Assembly: GCF_006345805.1 (NCBI RefSeq)
Contig: NC_043004.1
Coordinates: forward strand, 83,018,001 to 83,082,000
Length of the DNA: 64,000 nucleotides
Direction: 5' to 3'
Source of the DNA: Octopus sinensis
Lineage: Eukaryota
This document shows positions 14,385-28,597 of this stretch, one piece after another. The notes beneath the pieces are model-generated. The model made no database searches, had not been told where the DNA came from, and saw only the letters and a list, made by a program, of their open reading frames with translations. Each line of letters begins with the position of its first letter. Positions within the stretch are counted from its first letter, which is position 1. The translations under genes and the position numbers were made by a program.

Positions 14385-14835
14385 ATTTACGTTCTGTGTT
14401 CAAATTCCGCCGAGGTCGACTTTGCCTTTCATCATTTTGGGGTCGATAAATTAGGTACCAGTTGCCTACAGCAGAAACAAATATGAATCATCATATAATA
14501 AACCTATTACCTTGCTTATAGTGGTGCCTAAGAAACTTAATTTAAAAAAAAATATCGGCGTAATATGTAAATTCTGAATGACGGTTTCAAAACTGAATCA
14601 CAAAATAGATGTTGGATTCAAGATCTGCTAATATTTTCTACTGTAGGCACAAGGCCCGAAATTTTGGGGGAGGGGCTAGTCGATTAGATTGACCGCAGTA
14701 CGCAACTGGTACTTAATACATCCACCCCAAAAGAATGAAAGGCAAAGTTGACATCGGCGGAATTTGAACGTAAAGTCAGACGAAATCCTGCTAAGCATTT
14801 GCCCGGTATGCTAACGTTTCTGCCAGCTCGCCGCC
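14385..14835. mobile_element. SINE family copies (also about 9790-10010, 50960-51100, 54500-55110)
   Basis: Recurrent AACTGGTACTTAATTTATCGACCCC.AAAGGATGAAAGGCAAAGTCGACCTCGGCGGAATTTGAAC. Confidence 0.7.
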
Positions 14836-15099
14836 TATCAGCGCAAGAAATAATACGACAAAAATGTTATGACCGAATTTTAGACCCTTTTAAAATTTAG
14901 TGTAAATTAACCACCCTATTTCTTGTTTCTTCAATTGGATTAAAAATTGGTATGTACTAATTAAAGACACTGTTTTTGTTAATAATCTATGGAATTTAGC
15001 CGATAATTACATCTGAGGCATGAACCAAATTAAATCTAGATCAGGAGCGTGAACTCTCTACAAAAACATTATAACATAAACTAATGCATTTTTGTTACA

Positions 15100-15700
15100 A
15101 TACTCTTTTACTCTTTTACTTGTTTCAGTCATTTGACTGCGGCCATGCCGGAGCACCGCCTTTAATCGAGCAACTCGACACCGGGACTTATTCTTTTGTA
15201 AGCCCAGTACTTATTCTATCGGTCTCTATTGCCGAACCGCAAAGTAACGGGGACTTAAACACACCAGCATCGGTTGTCAAGCAATGCTAGGGGGACAGAG
15301 ACACACACGCATGCATATATATATACATATATACGACGGGCTTTCAGTTTCCATTTACCAAATCCACTCAGAAGGCTTTGGTCGGCCCGAGGCTATAGTA
15401 GAAGACACTTTCCCAAGGTGCCACGCAGTGGGACTGAACCAAGAACCGTGTGGTTGGTAAACAAGCTACTTACCACACAGCCACTCCTGGGCCTGTTCAT
15501 AGCCTTAAAATATTATGCAATTATATCCTTAAAATATTATGCAGGAGTGGCTGTGTCGTAAGCAGCTTGTTTACCAACCACATGGTTCCGGGTTCAGTCC
15601 CACTGCGTGGCACCTTGGGCAAGTGTCTTCTACTATATCCTCGGGCCGACCAAAGCCTTGTGAGTGGATTTGGTAGACGGAAACTGAAAAGAAGCCCGTC
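15100..15700. mobile_element. Cluster of Octopus-type SINEs (related copies at about 24405-24830, 29300-29480, 32490-32645, 33050-33310, 33370-33790)
   Basis: Recurrent units GGAGTGGCTGTGTGG...GGTTCAGTCCCACTGCGTGGCACCTTGGGCAAGTGTCTTCTACTATAG and TTGTTTCAGTCATTTGACTGCGGCCATGCTGG. Confidence 0.75.
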
Positions 15701-15756
<56 letters not shown>

Positions 15757-15759
<3 letters not shown>

Positions 15760-16559
15760 TATTGAGATTTATAGGATTCTGAAAGAGTCCATAGTCTTTA
15801 TATTCCTGCATGTAGATTCCAAACTTGTGTGATAAATATTTAAATTCTTCTATACCAGTTATCAATATTATAGTGGAAAATGTGAGACATGGTACTACAT
15901 ATATCCTATTGCATACATCGGTAAAGAAATTCAGTATTAAAATGAAATTCTTCTCACGTGACACTGGAAAGAATGCCACGTCTAAAGAATATTCCAGATC
16001 AAGAAGAACTATTGGCAAAATAATTTGGATTATAGCAGATATTACAACAGAAATAGCTATTTGAATTGCGATGAAATGTGAATTAAATTTAATATATCTC
16101 TACATCAATATATCCCTTGGGCATATTAGAATATAAGTTTTAGCATTGCTGATCATTTCGTTGAGGTGTACTCGCTTCCAGACAAGGATTAGTGATAGTA
16201 TTCCTTGGTATATTTTCATCAGAAAGAAAAAAACATTTTCCTAAAAGATATTTCTCATTCGATGAGGAACTTTCTACAATAAACCATATGAAGCGCAAAA
16301 TATCATACGCTGAGATTAAATAAATGAAAGGGAAATATAGATAAAGAATGCATGTTTTCAACTCAGTTCTTTTCCAAATGTCTGAGCTCATTTTAGAAGG
16401 AATAGAACAAACACTTTTAAAACGTCTGATTTTCTCCAGATATTCAAAGAGTGCCGTTTCATTTGCTGTTTTTGGAGAGACGTTTATGTTTATCTGAACG
16501 GAATGTGATTTCCGAATATTAGTTAATGTTTCAGATGTTTCCGTAACTGAAACAGCCAT
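15757..16559 (-). pseudogene. GRL variable exon V2, degenerate
   Basis: Closest to V1 (SHSV, LEKIRR, SIPSK.S, WKR). Frameshift near 16225, in-frame TAG near 16098, and homology stops after TM4 at a (TA)n/SINE block; no TM5-TM6 or donor found. Confidence 0.8.
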
Positions 16560-17513
16560 AATTGATAGACCTTGCAAAGTTATTACAAATTTTGAATATC
16601 TAAATTCTCCTGAAAGCAGACTAGGCAGAAGATTTATATTTGAACTTAAGTTCAATGATTACATGTGAACTACAGCGGAACGTTTTCAAACCCGTTTTTA
16701 CTGCGTTAGTGGATGTAAAATAAATGCTATTATCCATGAATGCAATTTCCATAAAAATATTGTCACGCCTTTATTTACGCTACCACTTTCCATCTATGTA
16801 ACATGCTTCATTTACTTTAGCGTATAATCGATAATTAATCTAAGTAACCAGGTTTCTTTCAGCAAATACAATTAAAAAGTATAAATATACATAGGTCTAC
16901 ACAGAGAAGCACATTTCGCTTCGTAATTAAGGTGATACTAGTCAATGCATATCTACATATGTACTGTATATCTATCATTTATACGTGGCTATGGGTGTAT
17001 ATATTCAAGAGTTCTCAAAAGCTACTGTGAGTTCCAGTGAGGAACAAATGTTAAGTAACCCACAGAATTGACGTTGATTCAAGATATTAAAGGCATTTTT
17101 AAAGACGCCTCTGCAATTATTGTGTTTAAATGCAAAAAGACCATTGGCAAGAATCTTACGGTGTAAATCTCGTTCAAACATATCAGTTACAAAAATGGGG
17201 TGTGGTTTTATTTCTTGAATGAGAATATTTTTTTAACGTTAAGATATTAGCTTTTATAAATATAGTATCTGTTGCAAATGTTCACATAGCTTAATGGCAC
17301 ATAGTGCTTAGCCGAAGTTTCAAAGGCACAAGACTTGAATCACTTGTTCGGCACATTATTCAATTTTCTATGGGTATTTAGCCGATGTTGTATATAGTTT
17401 TGACAACAATTCTCCTTATGGATTTGCTTCATTTCCCCTAACGTACTAATTCAGTCAGTGTTTCAAAGGTTCGTTACATAAACATGCATACACACATACA
17501 CATACATACATAC

Positions 17514-17615
<102 letters not shown>

Positions 17616-18189
17616 AAGTTTAACAATTAAGGATAACCTCTTAATAAGGGATCTTAACAAGAAATTATCGGGTAGTTAGCGTGAAAACCTCATAAAAGAA
17701 AAGAATTCGAAAATAATTTTTTCTTTTAAAGATATAATTATATATATATATATATACATATATATATTACGGAGATGTACTTGCATAGAGAGTGACTTGA
17801 TTTGAGATCGTGTGCAGGAACGAAAACAACTGCAGCGTGGAAGGTGTTTATAAGCCATTTCAGAAACACGCAAAACCGTTAGACTCACTTCAACATTTAA
17901 ATATAATTTGTCAAAATAGTTTCGTCGTTTTGAGACCGCGACCTGTTCACTGACAAAGCTTACTGTTGCATCTGTTTATATATATATATATATCCATTCG
18001 CCATGATAAATCGTTAGCCACTAAGCCTTACGTTAACAGACTTTCTCACTTACCGAGCGTTAAACTAATGCATATGTTTGTTGTTTACACACCCGTCTTC
18101 GTCTTCTTTTCTTTTGTAAATTCTCACTATATATATAGTAAGATCAGCAAATCCATATTAGATAGATTCATCCCAGTTATAAGAGAATA

Positions 18190-19700
18190 GACAATGCTCC
18201 CCTTATGGGAATCTACCAATGACGTTATATATTGGTTACACACACTAAGATATAATGAGTCATCTTCGCTTATTCAATTTGATATATCCAATTACTATAC
18301 TCGATCTCCCCCATCTTATGAAATAGAGCAATTATTTTCGCCCGGAATTATGTGGAAATATCGGGTTTAGATATTGACATTATCCAAGCAGCTAGAATGA
18401 CCCTTATAAATTACGGAAAACTGCACTGGTGTACATCAGATTCTTTTAACTTCTTCAATATTACTATAGGATCCCCGGAATCGGCACAAATAACGGATAT
18501 CGTTGGATTATTTCTATTGGACAAGATTAAGCGGCATTTCCATCTCTCGCTGGAAGGATTTATAGTGATGATACATCGTTTATTGTCTCTAATCATTCGA
18601 ATCCTCAGATTGAAAGATTGAATAAAGAGCTAAGGGAGTTTTTGAAAGACTTTCATAATCTGAACATTCTATTCGAGAAAAATCCTAAAGTAACAGTTTG
18701 TAGGGATATCACTCTTGATCTTAATACTAACCTATACTACCCTTTTCGAAAACCAAACCAAGCGTTCCAGTACATCAATGTATCCTCCAATCATCCTAAA
18801 TCAACCATCAATAGCATTATAACTGTAATATCCATTAGGTTTTCAAAGCTGTCAGCTAATGAAAACATTTTTAATCAATACGTCTCTATCTAGAATAACG
18901 CTTTAAAATAAAGCGGGTTTATTAATAATATTAGATATACACACAAAACAAAATTAAAAACAAAACTGGCCAGCATCATGGATGATAAGAAACAGATCTC
19001 AGGTAGCAGAAACTCTCTATTCGATCCCCTAGGAGCTAACATCAAATCAATAACGACCAATATTAGTGCAGATAAAATGAAGTTTAACAATGATAGGAAT
19101 AAAGGAGATAAAGTTGAAAATGAAAGTAATAATAATAATAACAACAACAACAACAACAACAACAACAATAATAATAATAATAATAATAATAACAACAACA
19201 ACAACAATAATAGTACCGATGTGGAGACCGAGGATGATGAGGATGATAATAGACATACAGATGACAGTAATAAGAATAGTAAATATGAACAGAATTATAA
19301 AGTTAGGTTTATGTTGAATGAAGGTGGAAATAAGTATGAAAATAAAAATAAAAATGTAAATATAAATAAACTCGGGAATAGCTTTACATATGGCAAACTA
19401 AGTCAAACAGCATATCGTAAGCCCACTTTTGATACAAAATCTTGGATTCGTCAGGCAATTTCGTTCGCCCCCCCCCCCTCCCTTTTAGCTAAGAATGAAA
19501 GGTCTACCAAGATTATTCTTTAAATTATTGAGAGAAAACTTCTCCAAACATCATAAATATTACTCAATGTGCAACAAATCTAGCTTATTCGGTCACTCCC
19601 AACCCAATCTCGGGTCTATTATCGCTTTAATGAACAGGAATAAAATATGATACCGTAATGATAAAAATGATTATAATAATTTTGGTAAGAACATTAAAAC
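18190..19700 (+). mobile_element. Penelope-like retroelement fragment
   Basis: 18352..18621 FNITIGSPESAQITDIVG; 18618..18893 DITLDLNTNLYYPFRKPN..YINVSSNHP; Asn-rich linker 18978..19523. Confidence 0.8.
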
Positions 19701-20051
19701 TGATAATGGGAATTTTGTTTCACTATTGCTGAAGTGTCGAATTCAGAGAAAAGATGTTAAAAAGCTTTATCAATGACAAAGAAAATCAAGTCAGAATTTT
19801 ATTAATGATTTCAATTTTATACAGCTTTGAATAGGGCAGGAAATGTCCACTGGCAGTATATTGGGAGTAAACAATATCATATTGATAATAATTGTGTCTA
19901 GCTATCGAACAAAAGCTGCGGAAAGTGAAACTGATAGTGTTTGGAGAAATTGGGGTAGAAACGAATTTCTGAAATTATTCATCAATTTTGTGTGATTTTG
20001 TGCTTCATATTTTTTGCTTTATACATCGACACACAAGCATAAGCACATATG

Positions 20052-20084
<33 letters not shown>

Positions 20085-20409
20085 CACACACACACACACA
20101 CACACACTTAAATACACACGTTCACACATATTTATACTTATATAAACAAGGGAGTCTGCCGTCGAAGACGACGTATGAGTATTCAGTTTTTGCGGAACGA
20201 CCTGCATAATAATTTAGTTATTGTGGTCAAAAGAGTTGCACGGTGTACGACACGTAAGGTGTCCAAGTGATCGCAGAGCAACGTGAGATGATTTTATTCT
20301 GCTAACGTGAGGAACGCAAGTCACCATTATTTCGACGGACTTAAACCGCGATCTTGCTATCGTAATTTCAACACTCTAAACATGGCCTAAACACTCTAAA
20401 TATGGCTCG

Positions 20410-20725
20410 ATATAAGTGTGTGTGAGTGTGTGAGAGTGTGTGTATGTGTTTGTATGCGTGGGCGTGTACGTTTGTGCGTGCAAGTACGCATGCGAGTTCG
20501 TGCGTGTATGTGTGTACGTGTGCGTGCGTGTGTGGGTGTCCATGTCAGTGTGTGCGTGTGTGTGCGTGGGTGTGCATGGGTGGGTGTGCATATCAGTGTG
20601 TGCGTGTGCATGTATTATTGTGCGTGTACGTGTATGTGTTTGTGTGTATGTGCGTGTGTGTACATGTGTGAGCCAGTATGCGTGCGTGTGCGCATGTGCA
20701 TGTAAGTGTGTGTGTATGTGTGTCT
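20410..20725. repeat. Degenerate (TG)n microsatellite (one of many TA, CA, AAT and GAA tracts)
   Basis: Directly visible; similar tracts at about 4540-4745, 38245-38380, 43495-43630, 47960-48060 and 48900-49500. Confidence 0.9.
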
Positions 20726-21714
20726 ACGTTGCTTCATGTAGGGTGAACGTGAAACGAATGATCTGTCATGTTACAGATCCGCCATGTTACAGATCCGTCA
20801 TGTTACACAAGGATGTGATTCAGACACGCGACTCGAATAGCGTACCACTAACTCTTTGTGGAGGTGTCGTAAGGAACAGAAACCTGTGGTCACACATAGC
20901 ATTCCAGCTGCAACCCTCACCGACCAGGCATCAACACACCACCCAGCAGCTTCACATAGCAGTGTAAGTGAAGCTAAGTTCAATTCAAATATATAGGGCA
21001 TCATCACATGATCTTCACCGTAGGCACTTACAAAAACTATCACGGTTTCTGTTTCTTTACGATACGTGTGACATTTCAAGAATTGTAGGCAAGTCTCCTT
21101 GTACTTTGCGTTTTGTCTAACAGGTCTTGGCATAAATCCTTCTGATCTGGGAAAAGCATATAATCAACAGCTCAGCAGGGTGCATCAGCAGTTTCAGGAG
21201 GTTCTTTGCCTTCATCAAAGGGCCTTCTTTGTACTTGACTGTCAGAATATGTCCCCTTGACCCCTTCTACGAGTAATAGCGAAGGTCTGCGTTCTGACAA
21301 ATCCCGCATCCATCTCTCTCACGAATATCACAATACCATTGCTCGGATCTTCCCGTGTGTATTTTTCCACGGGTTTGTTATGGAAAACTCTTGAAGAAAT
21401 AGAACCTATGAAGAACCTGAATTTAGAGTATATATCTAAATATTGAGTATGTAATAATCACGGAACGTGTTATTACGATTCACAAAATAATATGAGGTTA
21501 TGTTTCGAAACAAGCTTCAAACGTAACTTCAAGTTTTTGCTCTACTCAATCAACAATACGTTGTTAAGCGTTGGGCGTTTAAATAGGTACAGTAACAACT
21601 CACACTAACATCACTAAACACAAATGACGAGTAATACCTGAATTTAAACCGCGTTTCTAAACGAATAGGCATTTAATATAACTGAAGCGGAAAATTTGAA
21701 AACCAAATACTTAC

Positions 21715-22760
21715 ATTGAAATTGAGCTGAAGACCTTTAGATATCATTAGGAAACTAGATGATGCTAGTCCCATTCCAAAAATCAGTTGGATTATATATC
21801 CTTTCTGATTTATTAATCCATTGGAGATTTCATGAGCTAGTACACAACAAGTAATAATGGACAGAAAAAATGTAATGGCGACCGTAACATAAGACGCTTT
21901 GTTGTTAATCTTAAGTAAGCGACAAAGTTTACGATGCTGCTTAATTATCTTATCTAATATATCAATGCAAGGAGTTTGGGTGGGAGATATATTTGTATGA
22001 TCGTCTTGGTTTTCGGGAAAATAAACTTGGAGTGTCTGTGATAAAACTTTAAACTCATCTATCATGATTAACAGTAATCCAACGAGTAAGATAAAGTTTG
22101 GTGCAATGAAAATTGTCACCAATGAATTTATCATCCAATTAATTACCAAACTAATTAAAATAATTCGCTCCCACGTAATATCGGGAAAGCCATGACATCA
22201 AAGAAGAAATCTGGATCTGCCAGTGTCATAGGTATAATGATGTAGAGAGCAAAATTCACCACGACAATACAGCATGCGTTATAAACGATAAAATATGTAC
22301 CCATGGTGTTATATCGAGCCATATATTTAGCATTTTGGTTTATTGGAATGTAGGTACCGAACTCGTGGATTAACCTGTTGATATTAAATCTGTTCCAAAA
22401 CATGTTTATTGAAATTATACATGGATATGCCTTCAGCAAAAGGAGGAAACTTTTCCCAAAGAGTGGCCCAAGCTTTTCCTTCGAATAGTTTTTTATGATA
22501 AACCAAGGCAAACGTATAATATCAATCATAGAAATTAAATACACAAATGGGATTAATATATAAAGTATTCGTGTCTTTATTCCAGAAACTTTCCACGTTT
22601 CTACATTTATCGCATAAGGAAAGTATCCCATAATGGAAATCTTTTTAATTTTTAGCAGAAATGAATTCAGAATAGTATCTTTAATCGCATTTGATTTAGA
22701 ATGATCGGTAATTATATTGTACGAGCCACATACTTCCACATTTGAATGTAATAATTCCAT
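21715..22760 (-). CDS. GRL variable exon V3 (TM1-TM6) with one 1-nt frameshift near 22155-22160
   Basis: ORFs 22155..22796 and 21673..22149 join into one paralogue if one T is added to TTATTTTAATT; ends LNFN|GTAAGT in phase 0; acceptor TTAAGCAG at 22809, ATG at 22760. Confidence 0.8.
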
Positions 22761-25749
22761 GTTTGAAACAATTCTTGGTAAAGATGGTAAGGCCAAAAAT
22801 ATTGGTATCTGCTTAAACTGAATTATCTCATCATAGATTTTGTAGGACTAAGCGTCCGAATATTAGCTTAACATTTAATCCTGCGGCAAATAATGAAAGT
22901 AATTTTTGATTCAACATAAATTCTGGTTGTATGTATACTAATGCTTACCGCGCCCTAATGTATTCTTCCAATATTTTTAATGGATGTCATTTAGAATCAG
23001 TTGGCTTTTAATATAATGCGCTTGTGAATAGTGAAGTTCATGTGTGAATGTTTTATCAGTATGATGTCCTTTATACATACATTCAATACAATTCGCTAAT
23101 GGTATGATTTTATTAAAGATTAATTAGTGTTCCTTGTCAATCTATAAATGAATAGCTTATATTCAAACATGATTGTAAGTGATTTCATACACACAATCAC
23201 GTTTATAAAACTAACAATTATGTTTATATTTACACATACACATAATTTTATGTATATATATATATATATATCTACCATCCGATTGTGGCCGTTGCCAGCC
23301 TCGTCTGGACCCCGTGCCGGTGGTACGTAAAAAGCATCATCCGATCGTGGCCGTTTGCCAGCCTCGTCTGGCACCTGTGCAGGTGGCACGTAAAAAGCAC
23401 CCACTACACTCACGGAGTGGTTGGCGTTAGGAAGGGCATCCAGCTGTAGAAACACTGCCAGATCAGACTGGGCCTGGCGCAGCCTTCTGGTATCCCAGAC
23501 CCCAGTTGAACCGTCCAACCCATGGAAAACAGACGTTAAACGATGATGATATCTCTCTATATAAATCTGAGTTTATATCCATATGTACATACGTGTTTAT
23601 TTATATGTATGTATATTTGTGCATGCCTGAATGTCTTTGTGTGTCTGTCTGTGTGTGTCTGGGTGTGTGTGAGTGAGTGTGAGTGCGTGTATATGTTTGT
23701 GTGTGTATACAAATGAAAAAATACTTTTCATATGTTATTTCTAAAGAGCTCCATTTTCCAGTGCTCAGAATTGCTCGTTTCCAAATATCAACTGAAAACA
23801 GAGTCCAGCTTGAATTTGAAATGTTTATTGTTTGACTATTTTTCTTTAAAAATGAAATGAAAGTTTGAAAGAAACTCTAAACAACATGGTCTTTTCTTGA
23901 AAAAAGAATTGTGAAGGGCACTTTTAAAGAAAGCTTCTTCAAGCTCAAGATTTTGGCTTGATTTGTGTTTCTTGAGTTAAGCAGCATAGGAGCGTCAAGG
24001 CATTTGAATTGTGTCCTGTAATTTAACACTTCTGTTGAAGCAAGGGATGTTAAAGTATTCAATAATTATAAAGGTAGAAACGATGGAGACTGTTACATCC
24101 TGAAAATTCGACGTGGACTTCGTCACAGTTTCCAATTTCGTTCAAATTGTTTTCAAATTTGCTATACAGATTAAGTTATGTATATTAATTATGAAAATAA
24201 AATTTATTTCCCCCATAAATCTATAGTTAAAATGTTCTTAGCCATAACAATTTGTAAACTTTGGTTATTTTAGCCAATCAGAAGCAAGAATTTAATACAT
24301 TATCGTGGCGAATAGCTCTGATTCCATAGTACGCAAAGATGCTGCGCATGCGCACCATGAGGGGAAGGGGAAACGAGAAAGATAATCTTTCTTACTATAG
24401 GAGTGGCTGTGTGGCAAGTAGCTTGCTTACCAACCACATGGTTCCTGATTCAGTCCCACTGCGTGGCACCTTGGGCAAATGTCTTCTACTATAGCCTCGG
24501 GCCAACTAAAGCCTTTTGAGTGGATTTGGTAGACGGAAACTGAAAGAAGCCTGTCGTATATATGTATATATGTATATATATGTATATATATGTGTGTGTG
24601 TGTGTTTGTGTGTCTGTGTTTGTCCCCCACAACATCGCTTGACAACCGATGCTGGTGTGTTTATGTCCCCGTTACTTAGCGGTTTGGTAAAAGAGACCGA
24701 TAGTATAAGTACTGGGCTTACAAAAGAATAAGTCCCGGGGTTAAATTGCTCGATTAAAGGCGGTGATCCAGCATGGCCGCAGTCAAATGACTGAAACAAG
24801 TAAGAGAGTAAAGAGTAAAGAGAGTAATAGTCTTGTGTTTTCCTGTCATAACATATGAATGAGAAAAGAAGGGGTGATAGATGAATGAGAAGGGAAAGGG
24901 TGATAGATGAATGAAAAAGGAAGGGGTGATAGATGAATAAGGAAGGAACGTGTAATGGCAAATAGTGTGCGAATGTTAGATGTGAGCGTGTGAGCGTGTG
25001 CGACGAGCATTAGAAGTGAGATAGCGAACGCTCAACTCTGTGTTAGTACAGTGTGCGTGTACAAGCGAAGTAGCAATGTTTTGACATGCCGATGTTCCCC
25101 ACAGCCCCGTTGGTGGAAGAAGCAGCGAACGCGTTGCGTTCTGATTGGCTGAAATTTTAAAAGTTTTTTTCTTGCATAATCGATTCAATTTCATTATGCG
25201 GAAAACAGAATCGAAAGAATTTTGTAAAAATTCGTGAAAATAGTTACGATATGAGGGGTTTTAGCATAATTTCGTCTATGAATGTATGTGTACATAATCT
25301 ATAGTTTGGCCCAGTCTTCAGTTCTTGTTAAAGTGCCCAAATATATTATATGAATGTATGTATACATAAGATCCGTAAAAACTCATGGTGAATCTACTTG
25401 CAGGTCATTGGTGTCATCCCAGTTACCACGATCTCATCTTCTAGCTGCGTTTACTGACCTGGAAAATGTCTCCATCGTTGTTTCTATTCGCCTAGACACT
25501 CTATTTCCTTAAATACACATGACTTCGCTTGGACTTTGCTACTGCACTATTTATTGACCGTAAAATACTCCCCACCTAAATTCAATCATTGACACAGTGT
25601 TTTTTTTTCATTGCTAAACGCTTGCTGTCCGGCTCAACCGTGTTCTGCATATTTTAGTGTTATTGTATTTAAATCGCTGAAACTATCACATTTACCAGGA
25701 CTCATAAAAGCAAGTTTGTTTATAAAACTTTGATCTGTATATATAGGTG

Positions 25750-27560
25750 AACAGTAGCGTGATTTTATCGAGAAAACTGTGGCATCATCGTTTAGGAAAA
25801 AAGTGCAGACAATACAACATCGATTATTTGCAGTTTAGATTCATTCCATCACCGTCTAACCACTTGTCACCAATGCATATAGTCTGCAAGAAGTCTTTTT
25901 CTAATGAGACGATGAAACCATCACGTTTGAAATGGCGCTTCGATTTGAAGCATCCCGATAAGTAAGATAAGGACTTGCAGTATTTTCACTCCCTAAAAGA
26001 AGATTATTTCAACAAAACAATGTTTTTATCTTCAGCATTTTCTCAGGTTAATGCGTCTAATGTTTACGGACTTATTTCATCTTATAATATTTTCGCGAAG
26101 TGCGGTAAACCCCATTCCACAGGTGAATTATTGTTGGTTCCTGTCATCAGTGAGGTTCTTTCAACTGTACTTCATCAGAATCCCGTACAGACCATTAAAC
26201 GTATTCCTTTGAATAATGACTCAATAAATAGACGAATAGATGAAATGGCGGATAACGTGGAACAAAAGTTATGCAGCATTTTAAAATCAACAGTTTGCTC
26301 TACAAATTCATGAGATAACACTCTGCGGAAACTAGTCTCTGCTGTTTAGAAATATCAGGTTCTTCCATCAACACGAATTGCTCAAGGAGCTGCGTTTTGC
26401 TTTGAATCTGCCTAGACATCTATGAGGTTACAACATTTAACTCAGTCAGCGCATAATTCTAAGAAAATGCTTTGCCCCTCAACAATATTGTTCTTTGCGC
26501 TACGCATGACGTAAGAGCAATGGTCAGTCAACATAAGGTGTTCATTTCTCTTCTGAAAAAAGAAAATCCATCTGTTTTTGCTGTGCATTGTCTGATTCAC
26601 TGACAGAATCTGACTGCGAAGAAACTCAGGGAATCGTTCAGCAAGTCTTTGCCGGTGGCAATCAATGTTATCAATTTTATTAAGCGCCATGCCCTCAGTG
26701 AGCGAGTTTTTCGGCAGCTCTGACAGTATAATGACGATAAGTTCGTACAATTACTTCTTCATACTGAAGTGAAGTGGCTTTCAAAGGGAAAGTATTTTCC
26801 TTTTTGACTCTATAATTGAGTTTCTACAAGGACGAAATGAAAATTGGTATGAGAAAACCTTCGAAGTAAGATGAAGACTGTGTCTACCTTGCCAATATTT
26901 TTAACAAATGCAACACTCATACTGGTTTTACAGGGGACGAATATCAGTTTTCATAAAGCTATGAGTGCTATTACAGCATTCTTGGCCAAGTTGAACTTCT
27001 TCGAGAGGAATCTTTGTCGAAGGGAATTTTATAATTCTTTAAGCGTTATAAATGTTAAGAAAATAATTAGCAATAAGCATCGCCAAATTTATGCCGCACA
27101 CCTTCGGGCATTACAAGCAGACATGAGAGAACACTTTGCAGATATTGTACAAATGGATATCCCGATTTGGACTGCTGATCCATTCATTGCTAACGTCTAT
27201 GACGTGGACATTAAAATCCAGGAAGAATTTATGGAGCCTGAAACAGATGATTAAATGAAAATTCGATTTCAAAAAATAGGCGAATTCCTGTTTTGGATCC
27301 AAGAGGACGTTCAGCGTAGGTTTTCTCTTCTGTACGCAGAGGCTAAAATATTTTCCCTGTCATTTCCAAGTTCATACCTCGTCAAGATGGACTTTGGTAC
27401 CGTTGCCAGACTGCAAAACAAGGTTTGCAACCGTTTTGATGTAATTTCGCGTGGAGGTCTCCGATTACACATTACGATGATCAAGCCTGACTCCCTGAAG
27501 ATTAAGGTTTTCATTCAAATAGGAGCCAAACTAAAGGTGAGTATTTTTCTCCTAAGATCG
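25750..27560 (+). mobile_element. Degenerate hAT transposase (Buster/ZBED8/SCAND3-like)
   Basis: RQYNIDYLQF.F, SNETMKPSRL...KHP, CGKPHSTGELL, IPLNNDSINRRIDEMA, LLHTEVKWLSKG, FPSSYLV..DF; many stops and frameshifts. Confidence 0.8.
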
Positions 27561-28299
27561 ATATACTATTTCCAATACAGCATATTTGCTATTTTTCCTT
27601 CGTTGGTAAAACAGCACTTGCAGCTCGAAGCCAGCCACTAATACTTACTATTCAGCTGAAGTACAGAAATCTACTTAGTTTGAGTCACAAAATCAGCCCC
27701 CTTTCATTTTGCACAGATTGATATCAAATTTGGGATGGAGTTTGGAATTTTTATTACACTCAACCAATTGCTTCATGGCGTAAATTCAAGAATCTGTTGT
27801 TATTTAGAATTAAAATTGTAAAATTTGTGTAATTTTAGCCAATCAACAGACAGCAAGGTATTAACAGCTAGTTACCATAGCAACATATGACAACTTATAT
27901 GTTCTATTAATGTCACGCTGTGGTGAATCTTCTCTGCAGGCGGTCTCTCTGTACATTCTTCGATTTCGTTATTTTTGCGAAAACTTTACAAAACGTACAT
28001 TACCTATGCTTATATGAATTAAAATTTTATTTTAGGTATTTTCCTAAATTTTTGTAGTATTTTACACATATGTTGCGAGGTTTTTCTGTGTTTTTATAAT
28101 TTTTCGCCTTTCATGAACTTTTTCTGTGTTTGTTTACGTTTTGAAGCTGACAAAAGCCTAGGATGGCTGCATCCAAGTCATTTAACTGTACCAGTCTGAA
28201 GGAGTGGAGGCACATGGCATAGTGGTTAGAGCAGCGGACTCGCAGTCGAGAGATCGCGGGTTCGAATCTCAGACCGGGCGATGTGTGTGTTTATGAGCA

Positions 28300-28570
28300 A
28301 TACATCTCCCCTAAAATCCGACCACCAAACTCCCCACACTGCAATCCCCTTGACTATTATGTGTGGGGTGCAGTTCTGGGAGAGTTCAGCAAAACCCCTT
28401 GTAACACAAAAGAGGAACTGAAGACAAGTCTTGTGGAACATTAACCAACGTAAAGAAGCAGACCGTCCAGAAGCGTTACAAGATATTCCGAAGTCCTCTG
28501 GCGGCCGTGGTTGAAGCCAATGGTGATTTTATATGCGTGACAGTGTCGACAGTTTACTGACCACACCCTG
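28300..28570 (+). mobile_element. Tc1/mariner transposase 3' fragment
   Basis: Encodes RPPNSPHCNPLDYYVWGAV (WPPNSPDLNPLDY motif). Confidence 0.65.
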
Positions 28571-28597
28571 TATGTATGTATATATATATATATATAT

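Noticed and set aside
23995-24099. Candidate TM7 exon for V4 (TTTTCAG|DVTVSIVSTFIIIEYFNIP...*)
   Set aside because: Lacks the TYhhhhhQ motif seen in the GRL-A terminal exon, and no exon 2 or 3 homologue lies between it and V4; probably chance.
28205-28290. tRNA gene-like sequences (also 41195-41270 and 13190-13255)
   Set aside because: Repeated with shared downstream bodies and lacking a complete cloverleaf; these are SINE heads.
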